Of a DNA stretch of 64,000 bases, positions 19,916-29,412 are shown piece after piece. The stretch comes from an uncultured Candidatus Micrarchaeota archaeon (GTDB taxonomy: Archaea; Micrarchaeota; Micrarchaeia; Micrarchaeales; Micrarchaeaceae). A program made the position numbers and the translations under genes. Under the pieces are notes generated by a model, which was not told the origin of the DNA, ran no database searches, and worked only from the letters and a program-made list of their open reading frames with translations. Location: contig CAVUGN010000002.1 of assembly GCA_963741095.1 (NCBI GenBank), forward strand, positions 192,001-256,000, read 5' to 3'. Numbering within the stretch: the stretch's first letter is position 1; every line of letters begins with the position of its first letter.

Positions 19916-20290
19916 TTACTTCGACGGCGCCCTCTTCGTCTTTACGATCTTTATCTTGCCAGGGGTCAGCAGTATCTTCTCTGCGTCGAGCCTCGCAATG
20001 TCTCCGTCAATCTTCTCCGCATAGCCCTTCAGGTCGTCGACAACGCTCTTGAGCGTGTTCGGCCTCTTGGCCATCTCGGTTATGTTAAGCAGGACGATGT
20101 TGCCTGTGCTCAATTCCTTCTTGATGAGATCGACGTCGGTCTGCTGCTGCAGCGAGACCGGCTTGACATAATGGTCTGCAGGTTCGTGCATCACGTCGAC
20201 ATCTTCCATCTCTGCCGCGTTCATGTACTCCTCCAAGTTTATTTCCTTGGACACGCCTAAGGTCTTCCCTAGCTTATCAAAAATGCTCAT
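19916..20290 (-). CDS. sepF: Archaeal cell division protein SepF
   Basis: GNIVLLNI, LK......GDIARL...ILLTP.KIKI. Confidence 0.85.
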   Translation of the reverse strand: MSIFDKLGKTLGVSKEINLEEYMNAAEMEDVDVMHEPADHYVKPVSLQQQTDVDLIKKELSTGNIVLLNITEMAKRPNTLKSVVDDLKGYAEKIDGDIARLDAEKILLTPGKIKIVKTKRAPSK

Positions 20291-20464
20291 TTTTTCACCT
20301 TTTCCGTCGCCTTTAACTAGTATGGTATATCATTTTTAAATACTTTCGTGTTTTGCGGAGCACCTCAACGTAAATGTGCGCCCCAGTCAAAACCCCGAAA
20401 TAGAAGGCGAAATGCGGGCGCGCAAATAGAAAACATTAAAATACTGCGCTGAAATATAGTCCCG

Positions 20465-20821
20465 ATGATAAAGGTAATGCGGGTTTATGTGCGCGCCGAT
20501 ATTACCGACGGCATACGGATTCTTGTTGATAGGTTGTGGCCTCGAGGAATAAGGAGGAACACTCCCAACGTCGACATATGGCTGAAGGACGTTGCCCCCT
20601 CAACGGAACTGAGGAAATGGTTCGCGCACGACCTCCGAAGGTGGAAGTCCTTCAAGTCGAGATACCTGAAGGAACTGGAGGAGAACAAGGCGGTCGCCAA
20701 TCTTCTGCAGGTCATAAGGTCAACTGACACCGTAACCCTAGTCTACGCGACGAAGGACGAGAAGCACAACAACGCCGAGGTTCTGCGCGAGTTCCTCAAG
20801 AGGAAATTCAAGATAGAATAA
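20465..20821 (+). CDS. DUF488 (YeaO-like) protein
   Basis: DG.RILVDRLWPRGI, WLKDVAPSTELRKWF.HD, HNNA.VL. Confidence 0.9.
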   Translation: MIKVMRVYVRADITDGIRILVDRLWPRGIRRNTPNVDIWLKDVAPSTELRKWFAHDLRRWKSFKSRYLKELEENKAVANLLQVIRSTDTVTLVYATKDEKHNNAEVLREFLKRKFKIE

Positions 20822-20834
20822 GGATTAGTCCGGT

Positions 20835-21218
20835 GTGCCATTGAGATACCTGATACTAGACACGAGCTCGATGCTCTTCGGATTCTCCAACAACAGGAAC
20901 GTGTTTGACCTTGCTATCGGCGAATTCCCAAGCCACAGGCCGCTGGTTTCCATCGGCATAGTGAACGAATTGATGGGGCTGTCGCAGAACAAGGGCAAAA
21001 AAGGCGCCTGCGCCAGGGTGGCGCTCGCCGAGATAAGAGCTAAAAAGATTGAGATTGATAATATAAACAGGGCAGACGGCTGGATACTTGAAAAAGCAAG
21101 GCGGAACAGGGGCTCTGTCGTCGTGACGAACGACACACCGCTCGCAAAAAAACTGTTGCGTTTCGGAACCACGGTGCTTAAGATGTCCAGAAGCGGCATG
21201 CTAAGAAGTGCTCGGTGA
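20835..21218 (+). CDS. PIN-domain protein (Fcf1/Utp24-like)
   Basis: ILDTS, EL, AD..I, VVTND; usual position upstream of rpoE'. Confidence 0.8.
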   Translation: MPLRYLILDTSSMLFGFSNNRNVFDLAIGEFPSHRPLVSIGIVNELMGLSQNKGKKGACARVALAEIRAKKIEIDNINRADGWILEKARRNRGSVVVTNDTPLAKKLLRFGTTVLKMSRSGMLRSAR

Positions 21219-21811
21219 ATTTTTTGTACTACATATATAGCGTAAAAGACAGGTTCAAGCTGCCTCCGGAAAGTCTCGCGGAGGACATAGAGTCGGTGGC
21301 AGCGAAGGTGCTGAGGCGAAAGTACGAGGGCGCCATAGACAAGGACATAGGAGTCATAGTGGCGATATTCAACGTGAGGGGCGTCAGCGACGGCATCCTC
21401 TACCCTGGAGATCCGTCGACGCACCACGATGTCGAGTTTGACGTTCTGTCGTTCATGCCGGGCGTCGAGGAGATAGTGAACGGGGAGGTGACCGAGATAG
21501 CTGAATTCGGCGCCTTCGTGAGGATAGGCCCGATCGACGGGCTAGTGCACGTCTCACAGATAACCAACGACTTCCTTTCGTTCGACAGGAAATCTCAGGC
21601 GTTCGTATCAAAGCGCAGCGGAAGGTCACTGAAGAAGGGCGACACCGTGTTCGCGAAGATATCGACGATAAGCATGAAGAACAGCGTAAAGGATTCGAAG
21701 ATAGCGCTAACGATGAAGCCAGAGGGTCTTGGCAAGCCCGAATGGGCCGGCGAGGACGAGAAGTCCAAGGCAAGGTACGGAAAGGGAGGCAAGGGAAGAG
21801 GAAGGAGATGA
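21215..21811 (+). CDS. rpoE1: DNA-directed RNA polymerase subunit E' (Rpo7)
   Basis: S1 domain FGAFVRIGPIDGLVHVSQI; KIALTMK.EGLGK.EW. Confidence 0.95.
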   Translation: MNFLYYIYSVKDRFKLPPESLAEDIESVAAKVLRRKYEGAIDKDIGVIVAIFNVRGVSDGILYPGDPSTHHDVEFDVLSFMPGVEEIVNGEVTEIAEFGAFVRIGPIDGLVHVSQITNDFLSFDRKSQAFVSKRSGRSLKKGDTVFAKISTISMKNSVKDSKIALTMKPEGLGKPEWAGEDEKSKARYGKGGKGRGRR

Positions 21812-21815
21812 TAAC

Positions 21816-22007
21816 ATGGAAGAAAAAGCGTGCAAAAACTGCAGACTGGTGATAAGCCACGGAGACACATGCCCGAGCTGCGGCTCGAAGGAGCTCACGA
21901 CCAAATGGGGCAGCCCGGTGATCATACTCAACGCGGAGAAGTCAGACATAGCGAAGAAGCTGGGATTAAAGATGAACAGCACTTACGCAGTCAACATAAG
22001 CACCTGA
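21816..22007 (+). CDS. spt4: Transcription elongation factor Spt4 (RpoE2)
   Basis: KACKNCR...CPSCGS..LT..W...S.IAKKLG...YAV. Confidence 0.93.
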   Translation: MEEKACKNCRLVISHGDTCPSCGSKELTTKWGSPVIILNAEKSDIAKKLGLKMNSTYAVNIST

Positions 22008-22011
22008 CGGG

Positions 22012-22725
22012 TCATTCCTTCTTTTCGGCGCTCTCTTTCGGCATGTCGTATTCCTCTTCGACCTTCACCTTTTGCACCTTCAGGTTCGCGAAGATGGAAG
22101 CTACGAGGTTCGCCTTGGCTATGAAATAATCAGCGTCCTTCTTTACGGAATTGTTGAACGAGACCGTCACTGTTCCATTGGCCTCTTCGATCTTTGTCGG
22201 GCTTGCGCCGTAGCTCTTGCCCAACCCTTCGACCTTCTCCTTGTCGGACGTGAGCGCCCTGACGACCTTCACCTCATAAATGACATCCCTGCCAGCGTAT
22301 GGGTGGTTGGCGTCGACCACGACCCTGCCGGAGTTTATGCTCTTCACGATGACCGGCATGTTGTCTATGTTAACCTGCATTCCCACGTACGGAGTTATGT
22401 CGTTCTTCCTGAACCCGGCGATGGGCATCACCCTCACTAGCTCCTCGTTCCTGCTGCCGAACGCCTCATCAGGCTTGAAGGTGAACTTCTTCTGCTCGTT
22501 GAGGCCCATCGAATGCAGGGCCTTGTCCAGCCCGCTTATCACGCTGTTGGCTCCAAGAACCACCAGTGTGGGCCCGTAACGGGTTTCCTTATGGTATATG
22601 TTGGCGTCCTTCGCCTTCTGCTCCTCGGTCGTAGCGACAAGCGTGTTGTCAACCGCGTCCCACATGCTGTAGTCTATTTCCAGGAAGTCTCCATCCTTAA
22701 AGGTCATCTTATCACTATCGGACAT
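22012..22725 (-). CDS. slyD: FKBP-type peptidyl-prolyl isomerase (SlyD-like, long archaeal form)
   Basis: GDF..IDY, TT, VISGLD.AL, P.EAFG.R, GRVVVDANHPYAG. Confidence 0.9.
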   Translation of the reverse strand: MSDSDKMTFKDGDFLEIDYSMWDAVDNTLVATTEEQKAKDANIYHKETRYGPTLVVLGANSVISGLDKALHSMGLNEQKKFTFKPDEAFGSRNEELVRVMPIAGFRKNDITPYVGMQVNIDNMPVIVKSINSGRVVVDANHPYAGRDVIYEVKVVRALTSDKEKVEGLGKSYGASPTKIEEANGTVTVSFNNSVKKDADYFIAKANLVASIFANLKVQKVKVEEEYDMPKESAEKKE

Positions 22726-22832
22726 CTGACGAGCGCCGCAATGCGCGGCGAACCGCAAGTGCCAGTAGTGGTTATCTAAAAGCAATGTTTTTAAAGCTTT
22801 CCAAGCCATATTATCGCTGATAAGGCGATCAA

Positions 22833-23378
22833 ATGAAGCAAAAGACAGTTTTGAAGGCGCAGAGCGCCATGGAATACCTGATGACGTACGGTTGGGCAAT
22901 CCTGATCATCTCGGTGGTCTTGGGTGCGCTGTTCTCCCTTGGAGTGTTCAGTGGAGCATCTCTAATCGGAACCACCTGCGTCGCAAGTCCAGGATACTAC
23001 TGCAGCGGTGTTACCTACTCGCACAGCACGGGCAACATACTGTTCACGATAGGCCAGAGCACCGGTCTGAACTGGGTAAACACAGCATTCATATATGCAC
23101 CTCAGGGAACTGCATCCACCACCAACGCCCCATCAGTGACGTTCGCAAACGATATCGGTGGTCTTTATTCCGGCCAGCAGACGACCATCTCATGGGGTGT
23201 GTCCTCAACCAGCACCGCTGTCGGAACAATAACCGCGGGAACAATCTGGGCGTGCTACACAACTACATCTAGTGGTAACGCTATCGCGGGCGCAGTGCAG
23301 GCTGCAGGCTCATGCAATGCAATAGCCAACACCGTCTACTATGTGCAGATTGCAACTCTGACCGCAAAGGCTGTCTAA
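22833..23378 (+). CDS. Type IV pilin-like protein (class III signal peptide), copy 1
   Basis: KAQSAMEYLMTYGWAILII; conserved Cys pairs. Confidence 0.85.
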   Translation: MKQKTVLKAQSAMEYLMTYGWAILIISVVLGALFSLGVFSGASLIGTTCVASPGYYCSGVTYSHSTGNILFTIGQSTGLNWVNTAFIYAPQGTASTTNAPSVTFANDIGGLYSGQQTTISWGVSSTSTAVGTITAGTIWACYTTTSSGNAIAGAVQAAGSCNAIANTVYYVQIATLTAKAV

Positions 23379-23413
23379 TCACAGGCAGCCTTTTTCTTTT
23401 CTTTTTTATTTTT
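23366..23413 (+). terminator. Hairpin plus T-tract terminator of pilin 1
   Basis: AAAGGCTGTCT / AGGCAGCCTTT stem followed by a long T-rich run. Confidence 0.7.
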
Positions 23414-23518
23414 CAACCTCAGCGTGAGGCATGAGCAACCAAACAATTGGCGTTCTCGCAGCAAAAAGGGAAGTATTTATATCTTTGGTTTGTTATATCA
23501 AGCGAATAAGGTGTATTT

Positions 23519-24049
23519 ATGAATAAGCATCCTAAGGCGCAGAGCGCCATGGAATACCTGATGACGTACGGCTGGGCGATCCTGATCATCTCGGTGGTCT
23601 TGGGTGCGCTGTTCTCCCTTGGAGTGTTCAGTGGAGCATCTCTAATCGGAACCACCTGCGTCGCAAGTCCAGGCTTTTACTGCAGCGGTGTGACCTACTC
23701 GCACAGCACAGGAAACGTACTGGTCACGATAGGCCAGAGCACGGGCACGAACTGGGCATCTTCGGCATTCATATATGCCACTCAGGGATCCGCTTCCAGT
23801 GCAGGCATACCTACCGTACTGTTCGCAAACGCACTGCCATCCGGTCTTTATTCCGGCCAGCAGTCAACCATCTCATGGGGTGTATCCTCGACCAGCACCG
23901 CTGTCGGAACAATAACCGCGGGAACGATCTGGGCATGCTATGAAGTGGGAACTTCGGGTAACACCGTTGGTGTGGCTTCGGGATCATGCACAGGAACAGG
24001 CACGATATACTACGTGCAGATTGCAACTCTGACTGCAAAGGCTGTCTAA
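23519..24049 (+). CDS. Type IV pilin-like protein, copy 2
   Basis: Same signal peptide; 5' DNA nearly identical to copy 1; own BRE/TATA (GAAGTATTTATAT). Confidence 0.85.
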   Translation: MNKHPKAQSAMEYLMTYGWAILIISVVLGALFSLGVFSGASLIGTTCVASPGFYCSGVTYSHSTGNVLVTIGQSTGTNWASSAFIYATQGSASSAGIPTVLFANALPSGLYSGQQSTISWGVSSTSTAVGTITAGTIWACYEVGTSGNTVGVASGSCTGTGTIYYVQIATLTAKAV

Positions 24050-24085
24050 TTACAGGCAGCCTTTTTCCTTTCTTTTTTATTTTTT
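24037..24085 (+). terminator. Hairpin plus T-tract terminator of pilin 2
   Basis: Same stem as after pilin 1, followed by a T-run. Confidence 0.7.
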
Positions 24086-24180
24086 ATACCCCAGCCAGGG
24101 GCATGGGCAATCCTTTCCTGCTGGTGCAAAAGAAGCATTTATATCCTTTTAGTGTCGTGTTATAACAAAAAGGCGGCAAC

Positions 24181-24732
24181 ATGCTTACGAGTACAAAAGC
24201 CCAGAGCGCCATGGAATACCTGATGACGTACGGTTGGGCAATCCTGATAATAGCCGTGGTCCTGGGCGCGCTGTTCTCCATAGGGGTATTCGGCGGATCC
24301 TCCTTCGTCGGGACTTCGTGCGTCGCAAGCCCAGGATTCTACTGTGGAGGCATAACCTACTCGCACAGCACGGGCAACATGGTCATCATGATAGGCCAGA
24401 ACACCGGTGCGCTATGGGGCACGGTGGCGTTTCTGTACGCGCCTCAGGGAACCGCTTCGACTGTCAACGCCCCGTCGGTGATGTTCGCGAATGCGCTTGC
24501 TCCTCCGACCGGCTTCTATTCCGGTCAGATCTACGGATTGTATTGGCCCGTATCTGCGCCAGGCACTGCTGTTGGCGCAACGACCTCAGGTGCCGTCTGG
24601 GCATGCTACACGATAGTAAGCCCTGGACTGACTAGCGGAATGCTCATGACCACCTATTCCGGCTCATGCACTGCGGGCACAAACACGGTGTACTACGCGC
24701 AGATGGCGACCCTGACTGCAAAGGCAAGCTAG
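24181..24732 (+). CDS. Type IV pilin-like protein, copy 3 (more divergent)
   Basis: KAQSAMEYLMTYGWAILII; shared TYSHSTGN, WACY and ATLTAKA blocks. Confidence 0.85.
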   Translation: MLTSTKAQSAMEYLMTYGWAILIIAVVLGALFSIGVFGGSSFVGTSCVASPGFYCGGITYSHSTGNMVIMIGQNTGALWGTVAFLYAPQGTASTVNAPSVMFANALAPPTGFYSGQIYGLYWPVSAPGTAVGATTSGAVWACYTIVSPGLTSGMLMTTYSGSCTAGTNTVYYAQMATLTAKAS

Positions 24733-24746
24733 CCAATCAATCCTGA

Positions 24747-25670
24747 TTACTTTTTCTTGGATTGCAGCTCTGCCTTCATCCTCAGAACTTCCGAGAGCTC
24801 ATCTGCGCTCAGCAAAGGCTTCCTCATTCTTGCAGAATCATCGGTTGCCAGCCTCGGGCACGCTGTGTTAACGAAGGCATCGAACTCCATCATGTTGTTA
24901 AGCGATTCGAAGTCGAAGGTGTTCGCGACAACAATCTCGGCATCGAACCCCGCGCTCTCTATCATATGTTTCAGTGTTTTTGCCAGGTCCAGGTTAAACT
25001 GCCCTGTCTTAGTGCTAAGCATAATTGCAAATCTCTTCGCGTCGATCGCGCTAAGCATCCTGCCCTTCTTTTTCTTTGCGTACACCTCTCTTTGCGCATC
25101 GATCCTATCCATCTTGTTCAGGAACGGGTCTGCGACGAAGAAAGGCTTCGTTGTCGCGATCAGCGCGCCCAACGGATGAAAGATCCCGCCGCCGAAATAG
25201 ACAAAGGCATCGACCTTCTCGTTGATGCTTGCAGCGCTGCCCGCATCGCAGCCCAACACCTGCCCCTCATTTTTTGCAGGGCCGTAGGGCTTGCCTATCA
25301 ATACCGTCTTTCCGTTTTTCTCATAAAAAGCCTTGATATCATTCAGCTGGTGCACGTGCTGTATCGTTGTGATGATGCCGATGGCATCGAATTCCTTGAG
25401 CGCATCCAGAGAATTTTTGATGATATCCAGCGGCGCGTCGACATGGTACTCGACGTACTCGACATTGAAACCGGCGCTCTTGAACTCGCAATGGCCGAAA
25501 TGAATGAGCTTGTCAGCCTTTATCGCCCTTGCCTCGTCAAGAGCGAGGTCGCAGGCGCCGAAGGTCGGCGATGCGGATATGAAGACCTCGTTGCCCTCGC
25601 TCTCGAGCGCTTTCGCATGCCTGAGCGCCTCCTGCTTAAGCCCTTCGGGAAACTGCAATAGAATGCGCAT
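24747..25670 (-). CDS. dph2: Diphthamide biosynthesis enzyme Dph2
   Basis: LLQFPEGLK, FGACD, HFGH, GQVLGC, NTACPR. Confidence 0.95.
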   Translation of the reverse strand: MRILLQFPEGLKQEALRHAKALESEGNEVFISASPTFGACDLALDEARAIKADKLIHFGHCEFKSAGFNVEYVEYHVDAPLDIIKNSLDALKEFDAIGIITTIQHVHQLNDIKAFYEKNGKTVLIGKPYGPAKNEGQVLGCDAGSAASINEKVDAFVYFGGGIFHPLGALIATTKPFFVADPFLNKMDRIDAQREVYAKKKKGRMLSAIDAKRFAIMLSTKTGQFNLDLAKTLKHMIESAGFDAEIVVANTFDFESLNNMMEFDAFVNTACPRLATDDSARMRKPLLSADELSEVLRMKAELQSKKK

Positions 25671-25706
25671 GAACTTACCTGAACCTAAAAATGCAAAAAG
25701 AGGGCA

Positions 25707-26246
25707 TCAAAGTTTCGGCATTACCTTCTCGACCGCCTTTACCTTGTAGGTGCCCGAAAGCTTTGCCGTCGATCTCCTCAGCGCCTTCACCGCGACTTCG
25801 CGGTTCGCCTTCATCGTCTGAAGCATGAATATCGGCTGGTTCTCCTTTATCCTGGCTGCAACAGCGACCGGCCTTCCGAACGAGAGGCTCATTCCCCTTG
25901 AGGTTCGGTCTGCACCGGCAGCAGTGGACATCTTGTGCTCCCTTATGACGTTGTGCGGGAAGACCAGCACCTTTAGCGAATAATCCAAAGGTATGTTATT
26001 CTCAAGGTACTTGTTGATGAGCTGCCTTGCGGACTCTATCGCGTTGGAGCGAAGCTGAAGCGATTGCTGCGGCCTGAGCGTCAATTCTAGGTCATATGTG
26101 TCCTTGCGCACGCCCATGTTGAAGACCAACAGGCTGGTGTGCGGCAGTGCCCTGACGTAATTCTTCCTTGGTTTCCTGAGTGAGTACCTCGACCAAGGCT
26201 GCGAAGTGATGTCCCTGCAGGTCCTGGCGGGTCTAAGTCTAGCCAT
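25707..26246 (-). CDS. rpl10e: 50S ribosomal protein L10e (uL16)
   Basis: RPARTCR, AIESARQ, FPH.VIREHKM..AGADR...GM.LSFG.P. Confidence 0.93.
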   Translation of the reverse strand: MARLRPARTCRDITSQPWSRYSLRKPRKNYVRALPHTSLLVFNMGVRKDTYDLELTLRPQQSLQLRSNAIESARQLINKYLENNIPLDYSLKVLVFPHNVIREHKMSTAAGADRTSRGMSLSFGRPVAVAARIKENQPIFMLQTMKANREVAVKALRRSTAKLSGTYKVKAVEKVMPKL

Positions 26247-26421
26247 AATAAACACTAAAGTAGTAGTATACTATTTTGCCAACAAAGATATAAAAAGATG
26301 CCGTAAACCAATGGGGCAGATGCTGCCGACATCGTTGCGGTGCGATACTGAGTGAGAAATTCTCTGTTGCGGGACTACTCTATTTTTATAGTTTCTCAGT
26401 GTCAACATATCAGGTGGTTGC

Positions 26422-27459
26422 ATGGATATGTTGGAAAGCGCTCTGAGCAATGAAAATTCTTCGGAAGACATGTTCAAAGCAAGAATCATGGTGTGCGGCG
26501 CAGGCGGCGGAGGCTCAAACACCATAAACAGGCTCAGCAAGATGGGCGTCATCGGGGCAAGCCTGATGGCAGTCAACACCGATGCAAAGCACCTCAACGG
26601 CATGGATCCATCTATCAAGCGCATTCTCATCGGCGGCGCACTCACGCGCGGCCTGGGAGCAGGCGGATTCCCCGAGATAGGGGCAAAGGCCGCAGAGTAT
26701 TCGAGATCTGAAATAGACAGCGCACTGAGAGGCTGCAATCTTCTCTTCCTCACCGCGGGCATGGGTGGCGGAACGGGCACCGGAGCGGCGCCGATAATCG
26801 CGGACGCCGCAAAGAAGAACGGTGCGATAGTCATAGGCATAATAACATTCCCGTTCAGGCTGGAGCGTGTAAGATTGGAAGTGGCAAAGAAGGGAATAGC
26901 CGAGCTCAGCAAGAACTGCGACACCCTGATAGTCATAGACAACCAGAGGCTCGCCGACGTCTATCCGAACCTCGCATTGGAACAGGCGTTCAAGGTTGCG
27001 GACGAAGTCGCGTCAAGGGCGGTGAAGGGCATAGCCGAGACGATAAATACGCCAAGCTTCATAAACATAGACTTCGCCGACATCAGAAGCATAATGAACA
27101 GGGGCGGAATAGCCATGATAAGCGTCGGGGAGGGCAAGGGCTCGAACAAGGTCAACGACGTCGTCAGGGAAACGCTCAGCAACAAGCTTCTTGACGTGAA
27201 TTATGAAGGCACAAAAGGCATTCTGCTGCACATACGCGGCGGAGAGGACCTCACACTGGGAGAGGCTAACGAGATAGCAGGCAGGCTGACAGAACAGGCC
27301 GCGCCGAACGCAAACGTCATATGGGGCGCAAGAATAGATCCCGCATACAACGGCAGGGTAGAAGTGATAGCGATATTCACCGGCGTCTCAAGCTCGCAGA
27401 TACTCTCCGGAAAGACCGCCGAGAACGAGGCACAAGATTTCGGGCTCGGCTCGATGTGA
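26422..27459 (+). CDS. ftsZ: Cell division GTPase FtsZ (paralog A)
   Basis: GAGGGGSN, NTD, GLGAGG.P, GMGGGTGTG, NIDFAD. Confidence 0.95.
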   Translation: MDMLESALSNENSSEDMFKARIMVCGAGGGGSNTINRLSKMGVIGASLMAVNTDAKHLNGMDPSIKRILIGGALTRGLGAGGFPEIGAKAAEYSRSEIDSALRGCNLLFLTAGMGGGTGTGAAPIIADAAKKNGAIVIGIITFPFRLERVRLEVAKKGIAELSKNCDTLIVIDNQRLADVYPNLALEQAFKVADEVASRAVKGIAETINTPSFINIDFADIRSIMNRGGIAMISVGEGKGSNKVNDVVRETLSNKLLDVNYEGTKGILLHIRGGEDLTLGEANEIAGRLTEQAAPNANVIWGARIDPAYNGRVEVIAIFTGVSSSQILSGKTAENEAQDFGLGSM

Positions 27460-27478
27460 GCGCGGGAATTATCGTCAA

Positions 27479-28321
27479 CTAAAATGCCGTACGCCCAAGC
27501 AAATCCCTCACGCTGTCCGATTTGGCGTGATCAATCGCTTTCTTGCCTAGATTATCAGTCATATTGATATCGGCTCCGTTGCGCATCAACATCTCAACAA
27601 GCTCCTTTCTATCAGCGTTTGCAGCCATCATCAGCGCCGTGAAGTTGCTATAAGTCTTCGCATTAACATCGGCTCCGGCGCGTATCAATGGCTCTACAGC
27701 CTCTCCTCTGGCTTCATGCGAGCCGTACATGATCGCCGTCCTTCCCCAAACATCCTTCATATCAACGTCAGCTCCTCTGCCTATCAATATCTCGGCAACC
27801 CTCTTGCGATCATAATAAGCGGCCAACATCAGCGCCGTCAATCCCTTCTTATTCTTCAAATCAAGATCGGCCCCGTGGCTTATTAACGCTTTGACGCCCT
27901 CTTCATTATCTTCAGACGTGGCCTTCATCAGCGCCGTATCCCCATCCTTATCACCAAGGTTTGCATCTGCCCCGCCATTCAGCAGTATCCTCAGGGTCTC
28001 GATGTATTTTCTGTTCATCGAAACCCACATCAGCGCAGTCATATCCTCGGGGTCCCTCACATTCACGTTCGCCCCTTTTTGTATCAGTTCACCAACCCTG
28101 TCGTTATCTATGTTGGGCAGCATCACTTCCCTGATCAGTTCTCTTCCCAGCTTCTTTGCTTCATCCTCGCTGACGACTAGTTTCCCCGCGCACTCCCTTA
28201 ACCTCGCGATTTTATTGTCGATTGCTGCGCCTGATGGCCCTTCGGTCTGCCTGACGAACGCCTTGATCTCCTCCACCCTCTGCGGAGTCATCCTTCCGTC
28301 CCTGTTCGCGCCGGTTTCCAT
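27479..28321 (-). CDS. Ankyrin repeat protein
   Basis: About 5-6 G.TALM.A...V..L...GAD.N repeats. Confidence 0.9.
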   Translation of the reverse strand: METGANRDGRMTPQRVEEIKAFVRQTEGPSGAAIDNKIARLRECAGKLVVSEDEAKKLGRELIREVMLPNIDNDRVGELIQKGANVNVRDPEDMTALMWVSMNRKYIETLRILLNGGADANLGDKDGDTALMKATSEDNEEGVKALISHGADLDLKNKKGLTALMLAAYYDRKRVAEILIGRGADVDMKDVWGRTAIMYGSHEARGEAVEPLIRAGADVNAKTYSNFTALMMAANADRKELVEMLMRNGADINMTDNLGKKAIDHAKSDSVRDLLGRTAF

Positions 28322-28322
28322 C

Positions 28323-29282
28323 TCACATACCTTTCATTGCGTCCTTGAGCATCTTTTTTATGGCTTTATCATCCGTCTGGTTTATGGTCCTCCTACCCGA
28401 ACGGTCCTTTAACGTCGCATCCGCACCGTTTTTCAACAACACCGCGACAACCTTGCTATGCTCATGAGCAGCTGCCCACATCAGTGCGGTCATGCCTGTG
28501 CGATCACGAATATCTATATCCGCTTGGCTGTTTAGCAACATCTCCGCAACCTCACAATGACCTTCTTTTGCCGCCCGTATCAATGCAGTCTTGTGCGTAT
28601 CATCCTGCATGTCCACATTTGCGCCGCCGCGTATCAATCTCTCGACAACCGCCTTTTTGCCCTGTGATGACGCCCACATAAGTGCGGTGCCGCCCGCTCT
28701 ATCCCTCAATTCTGTATCTGCGCCATCGCCTATCAGAATATCAACAACGTCCACGTGGCCGTTTTGCGAAGCCCACATCATTGCCGTCATCCCCGTCATA
28801 TCCCTCAAATCCGGATTACTGGGTGGTTCCAACATCTCTACAATATCTGTGAATCCACGCGCGGAGGCGTGCATTAGCGCCGTCATCCTCTTGTTGTCCT
28901 CCGCGTTCACATCCATCAAGCGTGGAACGAACAGCAGCAGGAGCTCCACGACATCCTTGTGGTTGTTGCACGAAGCCTTCATCAGCGCCGTCTGGCCCGC
29001 TTTATCCTTCGCATTCAAGTCGGCCCCTTTGTTTATCAGCTTCTTGATCTTATCGATGTCTATAATCTTCTTTTTTGCCTCGTTGATGAGCTGCATCCCC
29101 CATGTCTGCTCGTTTTCTTCCTTTGCAATAGACTCCCTTAATCTAATTTTCATGCCCTCGATCTGTTTGCCGATCGGATGACCAGGAGTTTCATCTATCC
29201 CTCTCAGATAAGCCCTTAGCGCGTCCACTCTCGCTACGGTTATCCTTCCGTCGTTTGCCGCGCTCTCAGATTTCCCGACCAT
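28323..29282 (-). CDS. Ankyrin repeat protein
   Basis: About 6-7 G.TALM.AS..GH..VV..L...GA repeats. Confidence 0.9.
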   Translation of the reverse strand: MVGKSESAANDGRITVARVDALRAYLRGIDETPGHPIGKQIEGMKIRLRESIAKEENEQTWGMQLINEAKKKIIDIDKIKKLINKGADLNAKDKAGQTALMKASCNNHKDVVELLLLFVPRLMDVNAEDNKRMTALMHASARGFTDIVEMLEPPSNPDLRDMTGMTAMMWASQNGHVDVVDILIGDGADTELRDRAGGTALMWASSQGKKAVVERLIRGGANVDMQDDTHKTALIRAAKEGHCEVAEMLLNSQADIDIRDRTGMTALMWAAAHEHSKVVAVLLKNGADATLKDRSGRRTINQTDDKAIKKMLKDAMKGM

Positions 29283-29412
29283 GAATCCAACCTATCTCAA
29301 TGATAGTCCATTTTGCCAGATATATATGGACTGCTTTTGGGTTCGTTTTGCGACGTAAATGCGTTCTTCGGCAAAACAACAGAATCAGACACCAAACCCT
29401 CTTTATGTGAAG

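Noticed and set aside
22833-24732. Pilin paralogs as DGR template/variable repeats
   Set aside because: Differences are not adenine-specific and include indels, all copies are intact genes, and no reverse transcriptase is in the window
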